Part shown: positions 1 to 14,905 of the stretch, piece after piece | Layout of the letters: each line of letters opens with the position of its first letter | How positions within the stretch are numbered: the stretch's first letter is position 1 | NCBI GenBank assembly: GCA_964016885.1 | Contig: OZ024759.1 | Location: 22,754,001 to 22,818,000, forward strand | Direction: 5' to 3' | DNA length: 64,000 bases | Source: Eledone cirrhosa | Lineage: Eukaryota | Program-made: the position numbers and the translations under genes | The notes under the pieces: generated by a model | The model's database searches: none | What the model saw: only the letters and a program-made list of their open reading frames with translations | What the model was told of the DNA's origin: nothing

Positions 1-19
1 CACCACGTACACAACTTAC

Positions 20-785
20 GTATGATGGTTTCTGGTTTAGACACAAGCTCAGCAATATTTTAGGAGGAGGGGGAAAGTCGATTAAATCGACCCCAGTGCG
101 TTACTGGTACTTTATTTTATCGACCTCGTAAGGATGAAAGGCAAAGCTAACTTCGGCGGGATTTGAACACAGACCGTAAAGGGGCGTAACTCTATGCTGG
201 AAAACATGGCGTCTGATGCCCCACCGATACTGCAGGTGGTGAATGATAATGGCTTCAAATTTAGGCACACGTCCAACAATATCGACCCCAGCATTTCACT
301 GGTGGTTTGTGTTATCGATTCCTGAAGGATGAAAGGCAAAGTTAACCTCGGCGGGATATGAACTCATACCGTAAAGGGACGTAGCTCTATGATGCCAATA
401 TCGACCACAGAATTTCACTGGTGGTTTATTTTATCGATTCCTGAAGGATGAAAGGCGAAGTTGACGTCGGCCGGATCCGATCTGAGCTCAGAACATAAAG
501 AACCGGAACAGAGTGTAAAGCATGTAGTCCGACGCTCTACTGACTCTGCCAATCCACTTACATATAATGGTTTCTGATTTTGACATAAGGTCAACAATTT
601 GGGGAGCGGGGAAAGTCGATGAAATCGATCCTAGTATGTTACTGGTACTTTGTTTTATCGACCCAATAAGGATGAACGGCAAAACGAACTGCAGTGGGAT
701 TTAAACTCAGAACGTAAAGAGCCGTAGCTCTATGCTACAAAGCAGGATGTCCAGCGCTTTACTGATACTGTCAATCCACCACCCT
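20..785 (-). mobile_element. Cluster of ~4 copies/fragments of tRNA-derived SINE family A (MetaSINE-like core)
   Basis: Repeated reverse complement of GAGTTCAAATCCCGCCGAGGTT-ACTTTGCCTTTCATCCTTACGGGGTCGATAAAATAAAGTACCAG (B-box plus core) at ~105-190, ~300-380, ~420-500 and ~640-720. The same family recurs many times in the window. Superfamily name is from recalled core similarity. Confidence 0.8.
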
Positions 786-859
786 GCAATAATTGTTTCT
801 TATTTAGGCCAAAGGCCAGCAATATGGTGAAGGGTGGCGTGGATTAGTGGATTACAAAA

Positions 860-1500
860 TTGACACGATCGGTTCAAGATTGTGCTTTTGACTCACGGTT
901 CAAGCGATGCATTGTGTCACTGAACAAGACATTTTATTTCATGTCACTCCAACCCACTCAGCTGGCAAAAATGAGTTGCACCTGTAATTCAGCGGACACG
1001 GCCTTGTCACACACTATGCCCCACTGAATCTCCCTGACAACTACGTTAAGGGTACACGTGCTAGTGGATTGTTCAGACACATGCACGTTAGTTTTCACGA
1101 GCAGATCGTTATTTCGATTCCCGGCAGTGCGTTGAGTCGTTAAGCAAGACACTTTATTTCACGTTGCTCCAGTAGACTTAGCTGGCAAAAAAATTAGTTG
1201 TACTCTTAATTTAAACGGCCAACCTCTTTACACAGTGTCGTAAGTTGGATTGTAGAATGCTCAGCCACTTGCACGTTAAGTTCAGTAGCAGGCTCATCTA
1301 TTGATCGAACAACTGAAACACTCATCGTCAGAAAAACAGACACATATTTTACAGGGAATGGAAAAAGTTTTTAGTTGATTAAATGGCCCCAGTACATCAA
1401 TGGTGAATGAGCGTGGCCTAGTGGTAATGTCGTGGGTTCGATTCCTGGACTGGGGGTATGTTGCGTTCTTGAGCAAAATACTTTATTTCACGTTGCCCCA
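860..1500 (+). mobile_element. SINE family B fragments (tRNA head, CORE-like TGTGTCCTTGAGCAAGACACTTTATTTCACGTTGCTCCAG)
   Basis: Core motif repeated at ~915, ~1135 and ~1460, each after a GTTCRA B-box-like motif. Matches the fuller copy at 10290-10610. Confidence 0.75.
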
Positions 1501-1599
1501 GTATAATATAATAATAATGAAATTATTGTGTACAGTGCTCAGGTGCACTACAACTCACCAAAGGAGCATGTATAGTACATAGAATAATGTACAAATGTC

Positions 1600-2110
1600 A
1601 GGAAAATGAACAATGTTCGAGTCATGAAATACATGTGCGCGTGTGTATCGAGGGCGGGGGGACATCAGGTGTAGTGTTGGCGAATCTCAGGAAGCATGGA
1701 GGTTTTAAAGGATGCAGTGTCTCGACAGCTTACAACTGATGCAGGTAGTTTGTTCCATGGAGGTTTTAAAGGATGCAGTGTCTCGACAGCTAACAACTGA
1801 TGCAGGTAGTTTGTTCCATGGAGGTTTTTGATGCAGGTAGTTTGTTCCATGGAGGTTTTAAAGGATGCAGTGTCTCGACAGCTAACAACTGATGCAGGTA
1901 TTTTGTTCCATGGAGGTTTTAAGGGATGCAGTGTCTCGACAGCTAACAACTGATGCAGGTAGTTTGTTCCGTGGAGGTTTTAAGGGATGCAGTGTCTCGA
2001 CAGCTAACAACTGATGCAGGTAGTTTGTTCCATGCTTCAGCAACTCTGCTCGTGAAAAAATGTTTCCGAAAGTTATGGGAGCTGTGCTTTTTTCTGACTT
2101 TGTAGGCATA
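1600..2110 (-). mobile_element. CR1/L2-group LINE 3' end (ORF2 C-terminus remnant) with internal 61-bp tandem amplification
   Basis: Minus strand reads ...RKHFFTSRVAEAWNKLPASVVSCRDTASFKTSMLPEIRQHYT*, matching the CR1-type 'FF..RV...WN.LP..VV......FK' terminus. The 61-bp unit (starts at 1695, 1756, ...) is repeated ~5.5 times. Confidence 0.7.
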
Positions 2111-2231
2111 CTCTGGATGAAAATGAATACCAGCAATATCTGGAGGCTTAACCCTACGATGGACTGACGTCCTGTCCAGGAGGGTGGCCTTGTACTCTCA
2201 ATCGCTTCACGCCACGGAAACTTGGATAAGC

Positions 2232-4449
2232 AACGGCCAGATGAGCCATCACACTTGAGACACTGTTTAGACTTTAGACACGACTGGTGTATCTTAATGG
2301 AGACACTCACACTCACGGCCAGATGAGCCATCACGCTTGAGACACTGTTTAGACTTTAGACACGACTGGTATATCTTAATGGAGACACTCACACTCACGG
2401 CCAGATGAGCCATCACGCTTGAGACACTGTTTAGACTTTAGACACGACTGGTATATCTTAATGGAGACACTCACACTCACGGCCAGATGACCCATCACGC
2501 TTGAGACACTGTTTAGACTTTAGACACGACTGGTATATCTTAATGGAGACACTCACACTCACGGCCAGATGAGCCATCACGCTTGAGACACCGTTTAGAC
2601 TTTAGACACGACTGGTGTATCTTAATTGAGACACTCACACTCACGGCCAGATGACCCATCACGCTTGAGACACTGTTTAGACCTTAGACACTACAGACAT
2701 ATCTTAATTGAGACACTCACACTCACGGCCAGATGAGCCACCACGCTTGAGACACTGTTTAGACTTTAGACACGACTGGTATATATTAATGGAGACACTA
2801 ACACTCACGGCCAGCTGACCCATCACGCTTGAGACACTGTTTAGACTTTAGACACTACAGACATATCTTAAATGAGACACTAACACTCACGGCCAGCTGA
2901 CCCATCACGCTTGAGACACTGTTTAGACTTTAGACACTACAGACATATCTTAAATGAGACACTCACACTCACGGCCAGCTGACCCATCACGCTTGAGACA
3001 CTGTTTAGACTTTAGACACTACAGACATATCTTAAATGAGACACTAACACTCACGGCCAGCTGACCCATCACGCTTGAGACACTGTTTAGACTTTAGACA
3101 CTACAGACATATCTTAATTGAGACACTAACACTCACGGCCAGCTGACCCATCACGCTTAAGACACTGTTTAGACTTTAGACACTACAGACATATCTTAAT
3201 TGAGACACTCACACTCACGGCCAGCTGACCCATCACGCTTGAGACACTGTTTAGACTTTAGACACTACAGACATATCTTAATTGAGACACTCACACTCAC
3301 GGCCAGCTGACCCATCACGCTTAAGACACTGTTTAGACTTTAGACACTACAGACATATCTTAATTGAGACACTAACACTCACGGCCAGCTGACCCATCAC
3401 GCTTAAGACACTGTTTAGACTTTAGACACTACAGACATATCTTAATTGAGACACTAACACTCACGGCCAGCTGACCCATCACGCTTGAGACACTGTTTAG
3501 ACTTTAGACACTACAGACATATCTTAATCGAGACACTCACACTCACGGCCAGATGACCCATCACGCTTAAGACACTGTTTAGACTTTAGACACTACAGAC
3601 ATATCTTAAATGAGACACTAACACTCACGGCCAGCTGACCCATCACGCTTGAGACACTGTTTAGACTTTAGACACTACAGACATATCTTAAATGAGACAC
3701 TCACACTCACGGCCAGCTGACCCATCACGCTTGAGACACTGTTTAGACTTTAGACACTACAGACATATCTTAAATGAGACACTAACACTCACGGCCAGCT
3801 GACCCATCACGCTTGAGACACTGTTTAGACTTTAGACACTACAGACATATCTTAATTGAGACACTAACACTCACGGCCAGCTGACCCATCACGCTTAAGA
3901 CACTGTTTAGACTTTAGACACTACAGACATATCTTAATTGAGACACTCACACTCACGGCCAGCTGACCCATCACGCTTGAGACACTGTTTAGACTTTAGA
4001 CACTACAGACATATCTTAATTGAGACACTCACACTCACGGCCAGCTGACCCATCACGCTTAAGACACTGTTTAGACTTTAGACACTACAGACATATCTTA
4101 ATTGAGACACTAACACTCACGGCCAGCTGACCCATCACGCTTAAGACACTGTTTAGACTTTAGACACTACAGACATATCTTAATTGAGACACTAACACTC
4201 ACGGCCAGCTGACCCATCACGCTTGAGACACTGTTTAGACTTTAGACACTACAGACATATCTTAATCGAGACACTCACACTCACGGCCAGATGACCCATC
4301 ACGCTTAAGACACTGTTTAGACTTTAGACACTACAGACATATCTTAAATGAGACACTAACACTCACGGCCAGCTGACCCATCACGCTTGAGACACTGTTT
4401 AGACTTTAGACACTACAGACATATCTTAAATGAGACACTAACACTCACT
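2232..4449. repeat. 82-bp minisatellite, ~27 units, with a 738-bp (9-unit) higher-order duplication
   Basis: CACGGCCAG recurs at 2314, 2396 ... 2806, 2888, 2970 (period 82). The rare variant TAATCGAG ends at 3530 and 4268 (738 = 9x82). The array begins in a SINE 3' segment (2145-2250). Confidence 0.95.
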
Positions 4450-4727
4450 TCGGAATGAGGAAGGAATTGAATTCAAAACTTTGAGTCGAAAGTAAATATT
4501 AACGGATTTAGTCCATGTTCTGCACTGTTGATGTTGTTTCCATTGTTGATGTTTATGTTGTAATATTGTTGTTCATGCTGCTGTTATTGATGGTGTTGAC
4601 GCTGGTGATTTTGCGACCGTAAATTGTAAACGGATGTCAACATGAATGGACCTGTTATTTTTATCTAAAGACATTTTTTCCAATTCCACCCCGCCCGTCC
4701 TCTCAATCTATCATATTTCTCATTCTT

Positions 4728-4763
4728 TCTTCTGGTGAAGGACTAGCGTCGGAAACGTTAAGA
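4728..4763 (+). ncRNA. Minimal hammerhead ribozyme motif (decayed), PLE pseudo-LTR remnant
   Basis: tctt-CTGGTGA-a-ggac tagc gtcg-GAAAC GTT-aaga. Homologous to the minus-strand copy at 24959-24993. Confidence 0.55.
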
Positions 4764-5284
4764 CCCTGTTCCTGCTATTTCAAAAGCGTTAACCTAATGT
4801 ACCGATTGTGTCGTTATTTCTGTTTACCTTTTACACACACACACACATATATATATATTATTCAATTCATAACAGTTGATTGATCATATAATCCACCGAC
4901 GTTTTTAGAAACAGACGTAAAGCACTCTGGGATTTGTATTCCTTACGATTTTCTCTGTAAGGTACCTACCATAGTTTCAATATTATCAACAAGAGAGACG
5001 GTCTTATTCATTATATATATATATACACACACACATCTATCTTAATATATATATATACATATACACTTTATAACAACATTAGAATTGAGTGCATATATAA
5101 ATATATATGAGTGTGTGTGTAAAGAGAGAGCGCGAGAGAGAGGGACATACCTATACCAACATTAAAATTCTTTCACACACTCTTTATATATACACAGACA
5201 CACACATATATATATACAAATATATATATATATACAAATATATATATATATATATATTTTTTTTTTTCTTATAGCATTTCAGGA

Positions 5285-5366
5285 AGGTCCGTCGAGCTGC
5301 GGATTATCGGGTAAGATCGATATAGATCGAACCCTGAGCTGATCAGTGGCGAAACGCGCGTCACCT
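5285..5366 (+). ncRNA. Hammerhead-like ribozyme, variant core CCGUCGA, long stem II
   Basis: aggt-CCGTCGA-[gctgc...55-nt hairpin...gtggc]-GAAAC GCGC GTC-acct. Stem I aggt/acct, AATAAA at 5370, then a tail with CATCGAGTGCTC ending in (TA)n at 5520. Confidence 0.65.
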
Positions 5367-5519
5367 ATCAATAAATGCAATGAAGGAATAATCAATCGTC
5401 CTTTTTATCCTTTCTATATATTACACTCTGTATAGCTCCACACCTCATCACAGAAGTGAACCTAAACATCGAGTGCTCACCCGGGTGAACCTGCAGTAAC
5501 TCCTAGTTACACCCCCTGA

Positions 5520-5551
<32 letters not shown>

Positions 5552-6019
5552 ACACACACAAACACAGTGCTACTAAAAGTCTTCGTAAACTATTTTATCA
5601 ATTGCATTATGTTGCTATTACTAACACTCTTCACATCATCTCAATCCTTGGGAAGTGTCTGTTGGAGGGAGATAGAAAGAGCGCAATTGTATATTAGAGA
5701 ATGTTTGTAAATAAAATCAAGTCTCTAATGAGATTTGTCCAGCGCTCCACCGATTTTACCATATAAATAATATAATAGGCTGTCAATTTTCCAAGGTTTA
5801 TTACTTAAATTAGTGAGTTTGATCATATCTGCTGGGGATTTGGTGTCTGAAAATGTTTTTATTGAGTTATTATTTCATTCGATTTCGTTGATATGTAGTA
5901 TATGAGATAGTATACATATATATATACACATATACACAGTGTATAGCATATGAGAGTATAGTGCACACGACATATATAGTAGAGCACATATATACAGTAG
6001 TATATATGTGATAGTATGT

Positions 6020-7662
<1,643 letters not shown>

Positions 7663-7742
7663 TTTATACTGTAACAGTTCACTATTTTCATTGGTAAGAA
7701 AAGTTAAGCTCAAGCTACATTGTTACTCTTCGTACTACACAC

Positions 7743-7919
<177 letters not shown>

Positions 7920-7966
7920 CGTTTCGCCTGCTTTTTGAACAAAAGTTCATGCATACAGACACAAAC

Positions 7967-8014
<48 letters not shown>

Positions 8015-8042
8015 GCTCAAACATATATATATACTTTAGTTA

Positions 8043-9085
8043 ATGAATACGACCGGTGTGAGGCGAGCCTTCCCACGACTCGTCTCGCTGACCGAGCTGC
8101 AGTCCTGGGTCAAGCAAAGACCGAGGAAAATGGGCGACTGGCACATCGAATGTGTTCAGGCGCTCACAGCCTTCTGGCAGGCGGACCTGGCGATCAGTGG
8201 AGACTCCACTTCGTCATTCTATAGAGGGTTGATCCGCAGCACGTGCGACGACGTACTCGGTGAAACTCTGGGCGTAGAGGAAGACGAACTGGCCAGTCTG
8301 TTCGGTAGGACCTTCCGCTCGGGACCGATGGACAACTTCCCAAAGTCCCTGGCCTGGCAGTGCTACCGAGGAGCTCTACCAGTTCGAGACAAGCTCTACA
8401 GACATGGGCGCCCTGCAAAAAAGATCTGTCCGAGGTGCGTGCGAGACGAAGAAACCGTCGCGCACGCATTCATACACTGTCCCGGCGTCACCGACCTGTG
8501 GGGCTATGTAGAACGACTATTGCGGGTGGGACCAATCCGGTTGACCACCGAGTCCATTGTCATGATCAAACCGCCACCCTCCTTCAAAAACGAAGGAGAG
8601 GCGGTTTTCCTTTGTGTGATAGCTATGGCGAAAGAGGTTGTATGGTGAACAAGGTTGAAAGGGCTGAGGTCAGACACCTTTCTCTCCGGCCAACAACTGA
8701 TTCTTTTTTTCAAATACCACTTTGGAAGAAGAATCAGGATGGAGAGAGGTGCTGTACCCCAGCAAGTTTTATGAAAGGTGGGTGAAAGTGGCGAGAATGG
8801 CCCGAGTGAATGGGCCTTCTCTCTATATCAGCCTGTAGGTTGAGGAAAAAGAGGAGGAGAGGAAAGGAGTACAAACTCTTCGTACTCCTGGAGATGAGGG
8901 TTGCACATTTTTTTTTCGGGGGTATGTGTTACCCATATGAAATGTCTCCCCCTATTGGGGGAAAATCGACTAATTTTTAAATTACATTTCTGATAATATT
9001 TTACACGTTTTTATTGTATGTAAACTTCCCCTTTGTATTTGTCCCCTTCTTTTGTGCCCCTGTGGCTAATAAAGAAACATATCTA
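8043..9085 (+). mobile_element. 5'-truncated Tx1/L1-clade LINE (ORF2 C-terminus with zf-RVT zinc knuckle, 3' UTR)
   Basis: ORF 8043-8648 has LAWQCYRGALPVRDKLYRHG...CPRC..DEETVAHAFIHCP (zf-RVT pattern). Premature TGA at 8646 where the second copy has TGG, natural stop at ~8838, AATAAA at 9068, then (TATC)n. Confidence 0.85.
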
Positions 9086-9221
9086 TGTCTATCCACTAAT
9101 TTATTTTCTCTATCTATCTATCTAACTATCTAGCCATCTATCTATGCATCTCTCTATCCATCTATCTATCTATTTTTCTATCTATCTATAAACAATAAAG
9201 AAACATATCTATATATCTATC

Positions 9222-9910
9222 CATCTGTAGCCGATCTGTGGGGCGATGTCGAACGACTGCTATCACGGGTGGGACCGATCCGGTTGACAACCGAGGCCAT
9301 TGTAACGATTAAGCCGCCTCCCCCCTTCAAAAATGAAGGAGAGGCGGTGTTTCTGGGCGTAATAGCTATGGTGGAAGAGGTTGTATGGTGGACGCGTCTG
9401 AAAGGACTCAGGTCAGGCACCTTTCTCTCTGGCCAACAGCTGATCTGTTTCTTCCGATATCATTTCGGAAGAAGGATCAGGATGGAGAGAGAGATGCTCA
9501 ACCCCAGTCGTTTTTATGAAAGGTGGGTGAAAGTGGCGAGAATGGCCCGTGTGAATGGGCCTCCTCTCTACATCAGCCTGTAGGTGGAAAATAGGAAGGA
9601 ACGAGTGAGCACCCTCTCTCTGTGCTCCTGAGGAGAAGGGGTTGCACACTTTTTTCGGGGGGGTGTGCGACACCCCAAACGCCCTCTCCCTATTGAGGAC
9701 TGTATTGTTAATTTTATATTTGTTATTTGTTTTCTTTACTCGCCTTTTTGTGTAAACTCCCCTCTTGTATTTGTCCCCTTCTTTTGCGCCCTAGTGGCAA
9801 TAAATAGAAATCTATCTATAAACAATAAAGAAACATCTATATATCTATCGATCTATCTATCTATCTGTCCCCTTCTTTTGTGCCCCTGTGGCTAATAAAG
9901 AAACATATTT
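9222..9910 (+). mobile_element. Second, more truncated copy of the same Tx1/L1-clade LINE plus an extra 3'-end fragment
   Basis: ORF 9269-9583 aligns with the region 8525-8838 (GPIRLTTE.IV.IKPPP.FKNEGEAVFL). Same 3' end TGTCCCCTTCTTTTG...AATAAA at ~9800 and ~9895, within (TATC)n. Confidence 0.85.
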
Positions 9911-10013
9911 AACTATCTACCATCTATCTATGCATCTCTCTCTCTCTCTCTCTCTCTCTACCCATCTATCTATGTATCTCTCTATCTATCTATAAATAAA
10001 CAATAAAGAAACA

Positions 10014-10073
<60 letters not shown>

Positions 10074-10289
10074 CACCTATCTATCTATCTCTATCTATCC
10101 ATCCATCCATCTATTTAGTTAGCTAGAGTACACAGAGTCCAGTTCCAATTAATAACAACCTTACCTTATATAACCGTATTCTGTTAACATTGTCGGGGAT
10201 TATTATGAATAATAAATAATAGAGATATCGCAATTAATATTGTTGCCAATTATTGCTGATATAAATCGTTTTTAATGTTGTATTGTTAA

Positions 10290-10610
10290 CAGCAGTGGCC
10301 TAGTGGTTAGGCTATTTGACTCACAATCGTACGTTTGGGAGTTCGATTCCCGGCGGCGCGTTGTGTCCTTGAGCAAGACACTTTATTTCACGTTGCTCCA
10401 GTCGTTCACTCAGCTGGCAAAAAATGAGTTGTACCTGTAATTCAAAGCGTCAGCCCTGTTCACATTCTGTGTCACGCTGAATCTGCCTAAGAACTGCAGA
10501 ACTACGGAAAGGCTACGCCTGTCTGTGGAATGCTCAGCCCACTTGCACGCTGTTCCGTTGATCGGATCAACTGAACACTCGTCCTCGTAACCGACGGAGT
10601 GCCAGTAAAG
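10290..10610 (+). mobile_element. Near full-length SINE family B
   Basis: A-box TGGCCTAGTGG, B-box GAGTTCGATTCCC and CORE-like domain. Flanked by the direct repeat TGTATTGTTAACAGC (10279/10618), a likely TSD. Confidence 0.8.
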
Positions 10611-10668
10611 TAAATGCTGTATTGTTAACAGCTGTGAATACGTCTATTATCAAGCCTGCGTAGCTTAG

Positions 10669-10946
10669 CTAGTCTCTTCTGCCATCTGCAAGCGACGCCT
10701 GGGCTGGTTTGGGCACACTTTGAGACTTCCCCCGGAGAGACCGGCGAACCAAGTACTTAAATGGAACCCACAGGGAAGCAGACGGAGAGGGGCCACCCAA
10801 AATGAACTGGCGCCAGACAGTTGAGAGGGACCTGCGAGCGACAAGCAGACAATGGCGGGACGCTGTGCAACTGGCTGCTGACCGAAGGCGGTGGAACACT
10901 ATGATTGCCTCATGCGTCGCAAGACGCGGGACCTTCTGAGTCTGAG
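10669..10946 (+). mobile_element. RTE-clade LINE 3' end with (CTGAGT)n tail, inserted in a SINE head
   Basis: Encodes ICKRRLGWFGHTLRLPPERPANQVLKWNPQGSRRRG.. / W..TVERDL..WRDAVQLAADRRRW (RTE C-terminus). TSD GTAGCTTAG at 10660 and 10946. Confidence 0.85.
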
Positions 10947-11220
10947 TAGCTTAGTGGTCAAGGTTATCTGGCTTACAACCACAAGGCCACGTTGTGTTCA
11001 TGAGCAAGATACTTTATTTTACGGTTGTTCCACTCCACTCAGCTGGAACTAAGAAAAAAAAAAACAGAAAAAGAAAGAAAATCGAGTTGTACCTGTAGTT
11101 CAAACAGCCAGCCAGCCTTCTCACACACACTGTATCACGATGAATTTCCCTAAGAACTACGTTAAGTATACAGGTGCCGATGGAATGAGAATTCGCCTGT
11201 TCCGTCGGTCGACCGGAGCT
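10947..11220 (+). mobile_element. Remainder of the SINE family B copy interrupted by the RTE insertion
   Basis: TTGTGTTCATGAGCAAGATACTTTATTT core and downstream CCCTAAGAACTACGTTAAG as in other copies. Confidence 0.65.
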
Positions 11221-11523
11221 CCAACAACAACGCTTACAACAACATTGTCAAGAGTCTTATACTCCATTAGCCGAACTAACCTCGTTTTGAATAGGTATCG
11301 CGTGCTGAATTAACAATCGCCAGCACAAATATATATATACACACACACACACACACCTACAGAAACACACACACACCAAAACAGAAACAAACACACATAC
11401 ATACATACATACATACATACATACACACAGAAACATACACGTACATACACACTAAAAATACACCACCACCACACACACATATAGACAAACACATACCGAA
11501 ATACACTCACATACACAGAAACT

Positions 11524-11684
<161 letters not shown>

Positions 11685-12134
11685 CACAACACATACACAC
11701 GGAAAGATGTCGGTAGGATTGTATTTACAACATATTTGGCAGTGGACATTTTACTACTCAAACTACGTGTATTATTTGTCGTATTTTTACAAGAATTCGC
11801 TATGATTACATGTGTAGCAGCTGGTTTATTCTCTGTCTTGGTGGGAGTAGCATCTATTTTTTTTTAATTGGTGTCAGTAAACGAACGAGCCTAGCCTTTT
11901 GACTGCAGTTTTAGATGCATGATTGATATGTTGTTGTCATATGAAACCAGTAGAGAATTTTGAAGTCGAGGTTTCTGTGTAAATGGTTGAGAGTTTTAAT
12001 TATGTATTGGCACTTAAAATAAGGAAAGAAAGGATAGCTGTTGTGAGCAAGAGTGTTTCCTTGATACAGATAACGGCTCCATCTTAAGAGCGATTGAATG
12101 AGCGTAGATTGTCATGTCTCTATTGGCGGCAGCG

Positions 12135-13050
12135 GCTGCGATGGTGATAGTAGTGGTGATGGTGGTGGTACTGGCAATGGTGGTGGTGCTGGTGGTGGTA
12201 GTGGAATGGTGGCGGTGCTGGTTGTGAGAATGATGGCAGTGGTAGTGGTAGTGGTGGTACTGGTATTGGTTGTGGTGCTTGTGGTGATGGTAGTGGTAGT
12301 GGTGCTTGTGGTGATGGTAGTGGTAGTGGTGGTGGTGCTGGTGGTGATAATGATGGCAGTGGTAGTGGTAGTGGTGGTACTGGTATTGGTTGTGGTGCTT
12401 GTGGTGATGGTAGTGGTAGTGGTGCTTGTGGTGATGGTAGTGGTAGTGGTGGTGGTGCTGGTGGTGATAATGATGGCAGTGGTAGTGGTAGTGGTGGTAC
12501 TGGTATTGGTTGTGGTGCTTGTGGTGATGGTAGTGGTAGTGGTGCTTGTGGTGATGGTAGTGGTAGTGGTGGTGGTGCTGGTGGTGATAATGATGGCAGT
12601 GGTAGTGGTTGTGGTGCTTGTGGTGATGGTAGTGGTAGTGGTGGTGGTGCTGGTGGTGATAATGATGGCAGTGGTAGTGGTAGTGGTGGTACTGGTATTG
12701 GTTGTGGTGCTTGTGGTGATGGTAGTGGTAGTGGTGGTACTGGTACTGGAATGGTGGTGGTGCTGGTGGTGATAATGATGGCAGTGGCAGTGGTGGTATT
12801 GGTTGTGGTGATGGTAGTGCTGCTGATGGTATTGGTTGTGGTACTGAGATTGATGGCAGTGGTAGTGGTGGTACTAGTAATGGTGGCGGCGCTGGTGGTA
12901 AGAATAATGTCAGTGGTAGTGGTGGTACTAGTAATGGTGGCGGCGCTGGTGGTAAGAATAATGTCAGTGGTAGTGGTGGTACTAGTAATGGTGGCGGCGC
13001 TGGTGGTAAGAATAATGTCAGTGGTAGTGGTGGTATTGGTGGTGAGAAGG
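12135..13050. repeat. (GGT/GAT)-derived low-complexity array with 120-bp and 60-bp higher-order units
   Basis: Sequence starting at 12241, 12361 and 12481 is identical (120-bp period). 12901 and 12961 show a 60-bp period. Confidence 0.9.
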
Positions 13051-13247
13051 GAGTAAGATGCTTTCAAGTTCTCTGTTTAAGGAAGAAATGTAGCAACAAC
13101 AGATAGGAGTTCCGAGATGTGTTGGCCTTGGTTGCCTGTGGCTGTTTGACATGACACTTGTAGGAGCCAGGTTATATCAAAGAATGATGAATGGTCCTCG
13201 TCTGTATACTAAAACCTGTCGGAAATGCCGAGAGAGAGAGAGTGCCG

Positions 13248-13278
<31 letters not shown>

Positions 13279-13426
13279 GAGAGATCTAGAAGATTGTTAA
13301 CGTAGAGAAAAAGGATGGTGGTACATCAAATAAAACATGACGTACATTCTGACTAATATAAGGTTGATAGACTAACACTGATCACTGGACACACGTCAGC
13401 ATAACGCCAGAAAAATAGGCTACTGC

Positions 13427-13466
<40 letters not shown>

Positions 13467-14456
13467 ATATATGTGTGTGTTTATATATATGTGTAGTGTG
13501 TGTGTGTGTTTATATATATGTGTATGTGTGTGTGAGAGAAAAATTCAGGACTCCGACCGCCTCAGCAGCTAGATCCGATGTATGTATGTATGTATGTGTG
13601 TGTGTGTATGTTTACTATAGAAATGGCTTCTACAGGACTAGAACTGTTGTTTTCGAAGGAAATCACCAGGAAAGCCAACTGGCATTGTGATATGCGTGGA
13701 AGTCATTGGCCAAAGGATTTTAAGAACAGGGATTCTTTGAAAAAAAAAACGATATTGATATACGGCGTTTCTTGGGCATTTTAAGCCTGGCGGAGGAGCC
13801 CATCCCTCTCCAGGTCTGAGTTCAGCTAATTTCTTCCAGAGAAAGATAGAAAGTGAGAGAGAGGAAAATGAGACTGTTATTTTATTTATCGACCCCGAGA
13901 GGATGAGAGGCAAAGTTGACCTCTATAGATGGATACTTCAAAGAAAACAAAAATCCAGATTCCATATATTCCTCTCATGTTGCAAAAATCACAATATGTA
14001 TTTCCTCTAAGTATGCAACTCTATTAAATATTTAGATCACGAGATACCACATCTACGATGGATGTTTTGAATAATATTGAGTGCTTTTGTTTATTGAATC
14101 ATGATTTTCTAATCGGAATATGACCAGATCTACCCATTAGTTAAGCCATCCAACACAAATGGAATATATAAATATCTCCCGTAATTAAGGAAACCATGAG
14201 TCTGAGTCGGGGACGATCGATACAAATCATATCTTGAGATGACCGATCATGAAAGGCGCGTCACAGGAATAAACCTAATAATGATATTTCGAAACCTTGT
14301 TACTACTCCTTATATATATATATATGTATATATATATTATATATACATATATATAGTAAGAATTGCAGCTTTCACCCTTAACCTTATTATTAATATATAC
14401 AAGATGGGATAGGACAGAACAAAGGAGAGGCACAAAAACAAAGAAAAGAATCCCCA

Positions 14457-14499
14457 GTCACTGAAGAGGTCACAGAATGTGTGACGAAAGAACTTTGAC
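14457..14499 (+). ncRNA. Minimal type I hammerhead ribozyme motif with canonical core
   Basis: gtca-CTGAAGA-g-gtcaca gaatg tgtgac-GAAAG AA CTT-tgac. Stem I gtca/tgac, perfect 6-bp stem II, located between (TA)n tracts. Confidence 0.7.
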
Positions 14500-14733
14500 A
14501 ATATATAAACAACCATCTGGTTGTGGAACCAACCAGCCAACCGGAAATTTATAAATTCCTAAATTTATAAATTTATTATAATAAATTGAAGTGAAAGCAA
14601 CTGGTGCGTGTGTTTCTTATTGGCAACATGACCCTCCCAAAGTATAACAATATCGGTTTCAACACACGTTTTCAGATAAAGAATCTTGCTAAACAAATTC
14701 AGAAACGAAATATATATATATATATATATATAT

Positions 14734-14905
14734 ATAGGAAAAAGTATGACCCCGACGGAAGAGCTCAAACCAGAAATAGACGTCTAAACGGCTTGATCTC
14801 TGCCGTCGGGGTCATACTTTTTCCTATTACCCACTCTACTACCCTAAGTATTGAGTACTCTGGTGCGTTATGGTCCATCTGGTTCCTTACCACATTTCCT
14901 TCGCT
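14734..14905 (+). mobile_element. Hairpin-plus-tail element in (TA)n, family H1 copy 1 (PLE-like inverted pseudo-LTR)
   Basis: Arms 14734-14768 and ~14794-14827 are inverted, followed by an ~78-nt tail. Homologous to 16452-16647 and 38888-39062. Confidence 0.7.

Noticed and set aside
2236-2275. CAGATGAGCC...GAGAC in the 82-bp unit and CTCATGAGCC...CGAGAC at 34204 as hammerheads
   Set aside because: Both lack CUGA and GAAA and a convincing stem I/III; better explained as SINE 3' sequence.
2232-4449. CRISPR-like appearance of the 82-bp array (also the 67-bp array at 61528)
   Set aside because: No unique spacers; whole units repeat; eukaryotic context with no cas genes.
10295-10360. tRNA genes at A/B-box motifs (also 33980, 37255, 53990)
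   Set aside because: They continue directly into SINE core sequence and lack a complete cloverleaf.
12098-13067. Val-rich / Pro-Thr-rich ORFs (mucin- or extensin-like)
   Set aside because: Derived from a GGT-type repeat with frames open on both strands; no signal peptide or splice support.
14645-14706. Minus-strand CTGAAT...GAAAACGTGTGTT as a hammerhead
   Set aside because: Core lacks G8/A9 and stem II does not pair convincingly.
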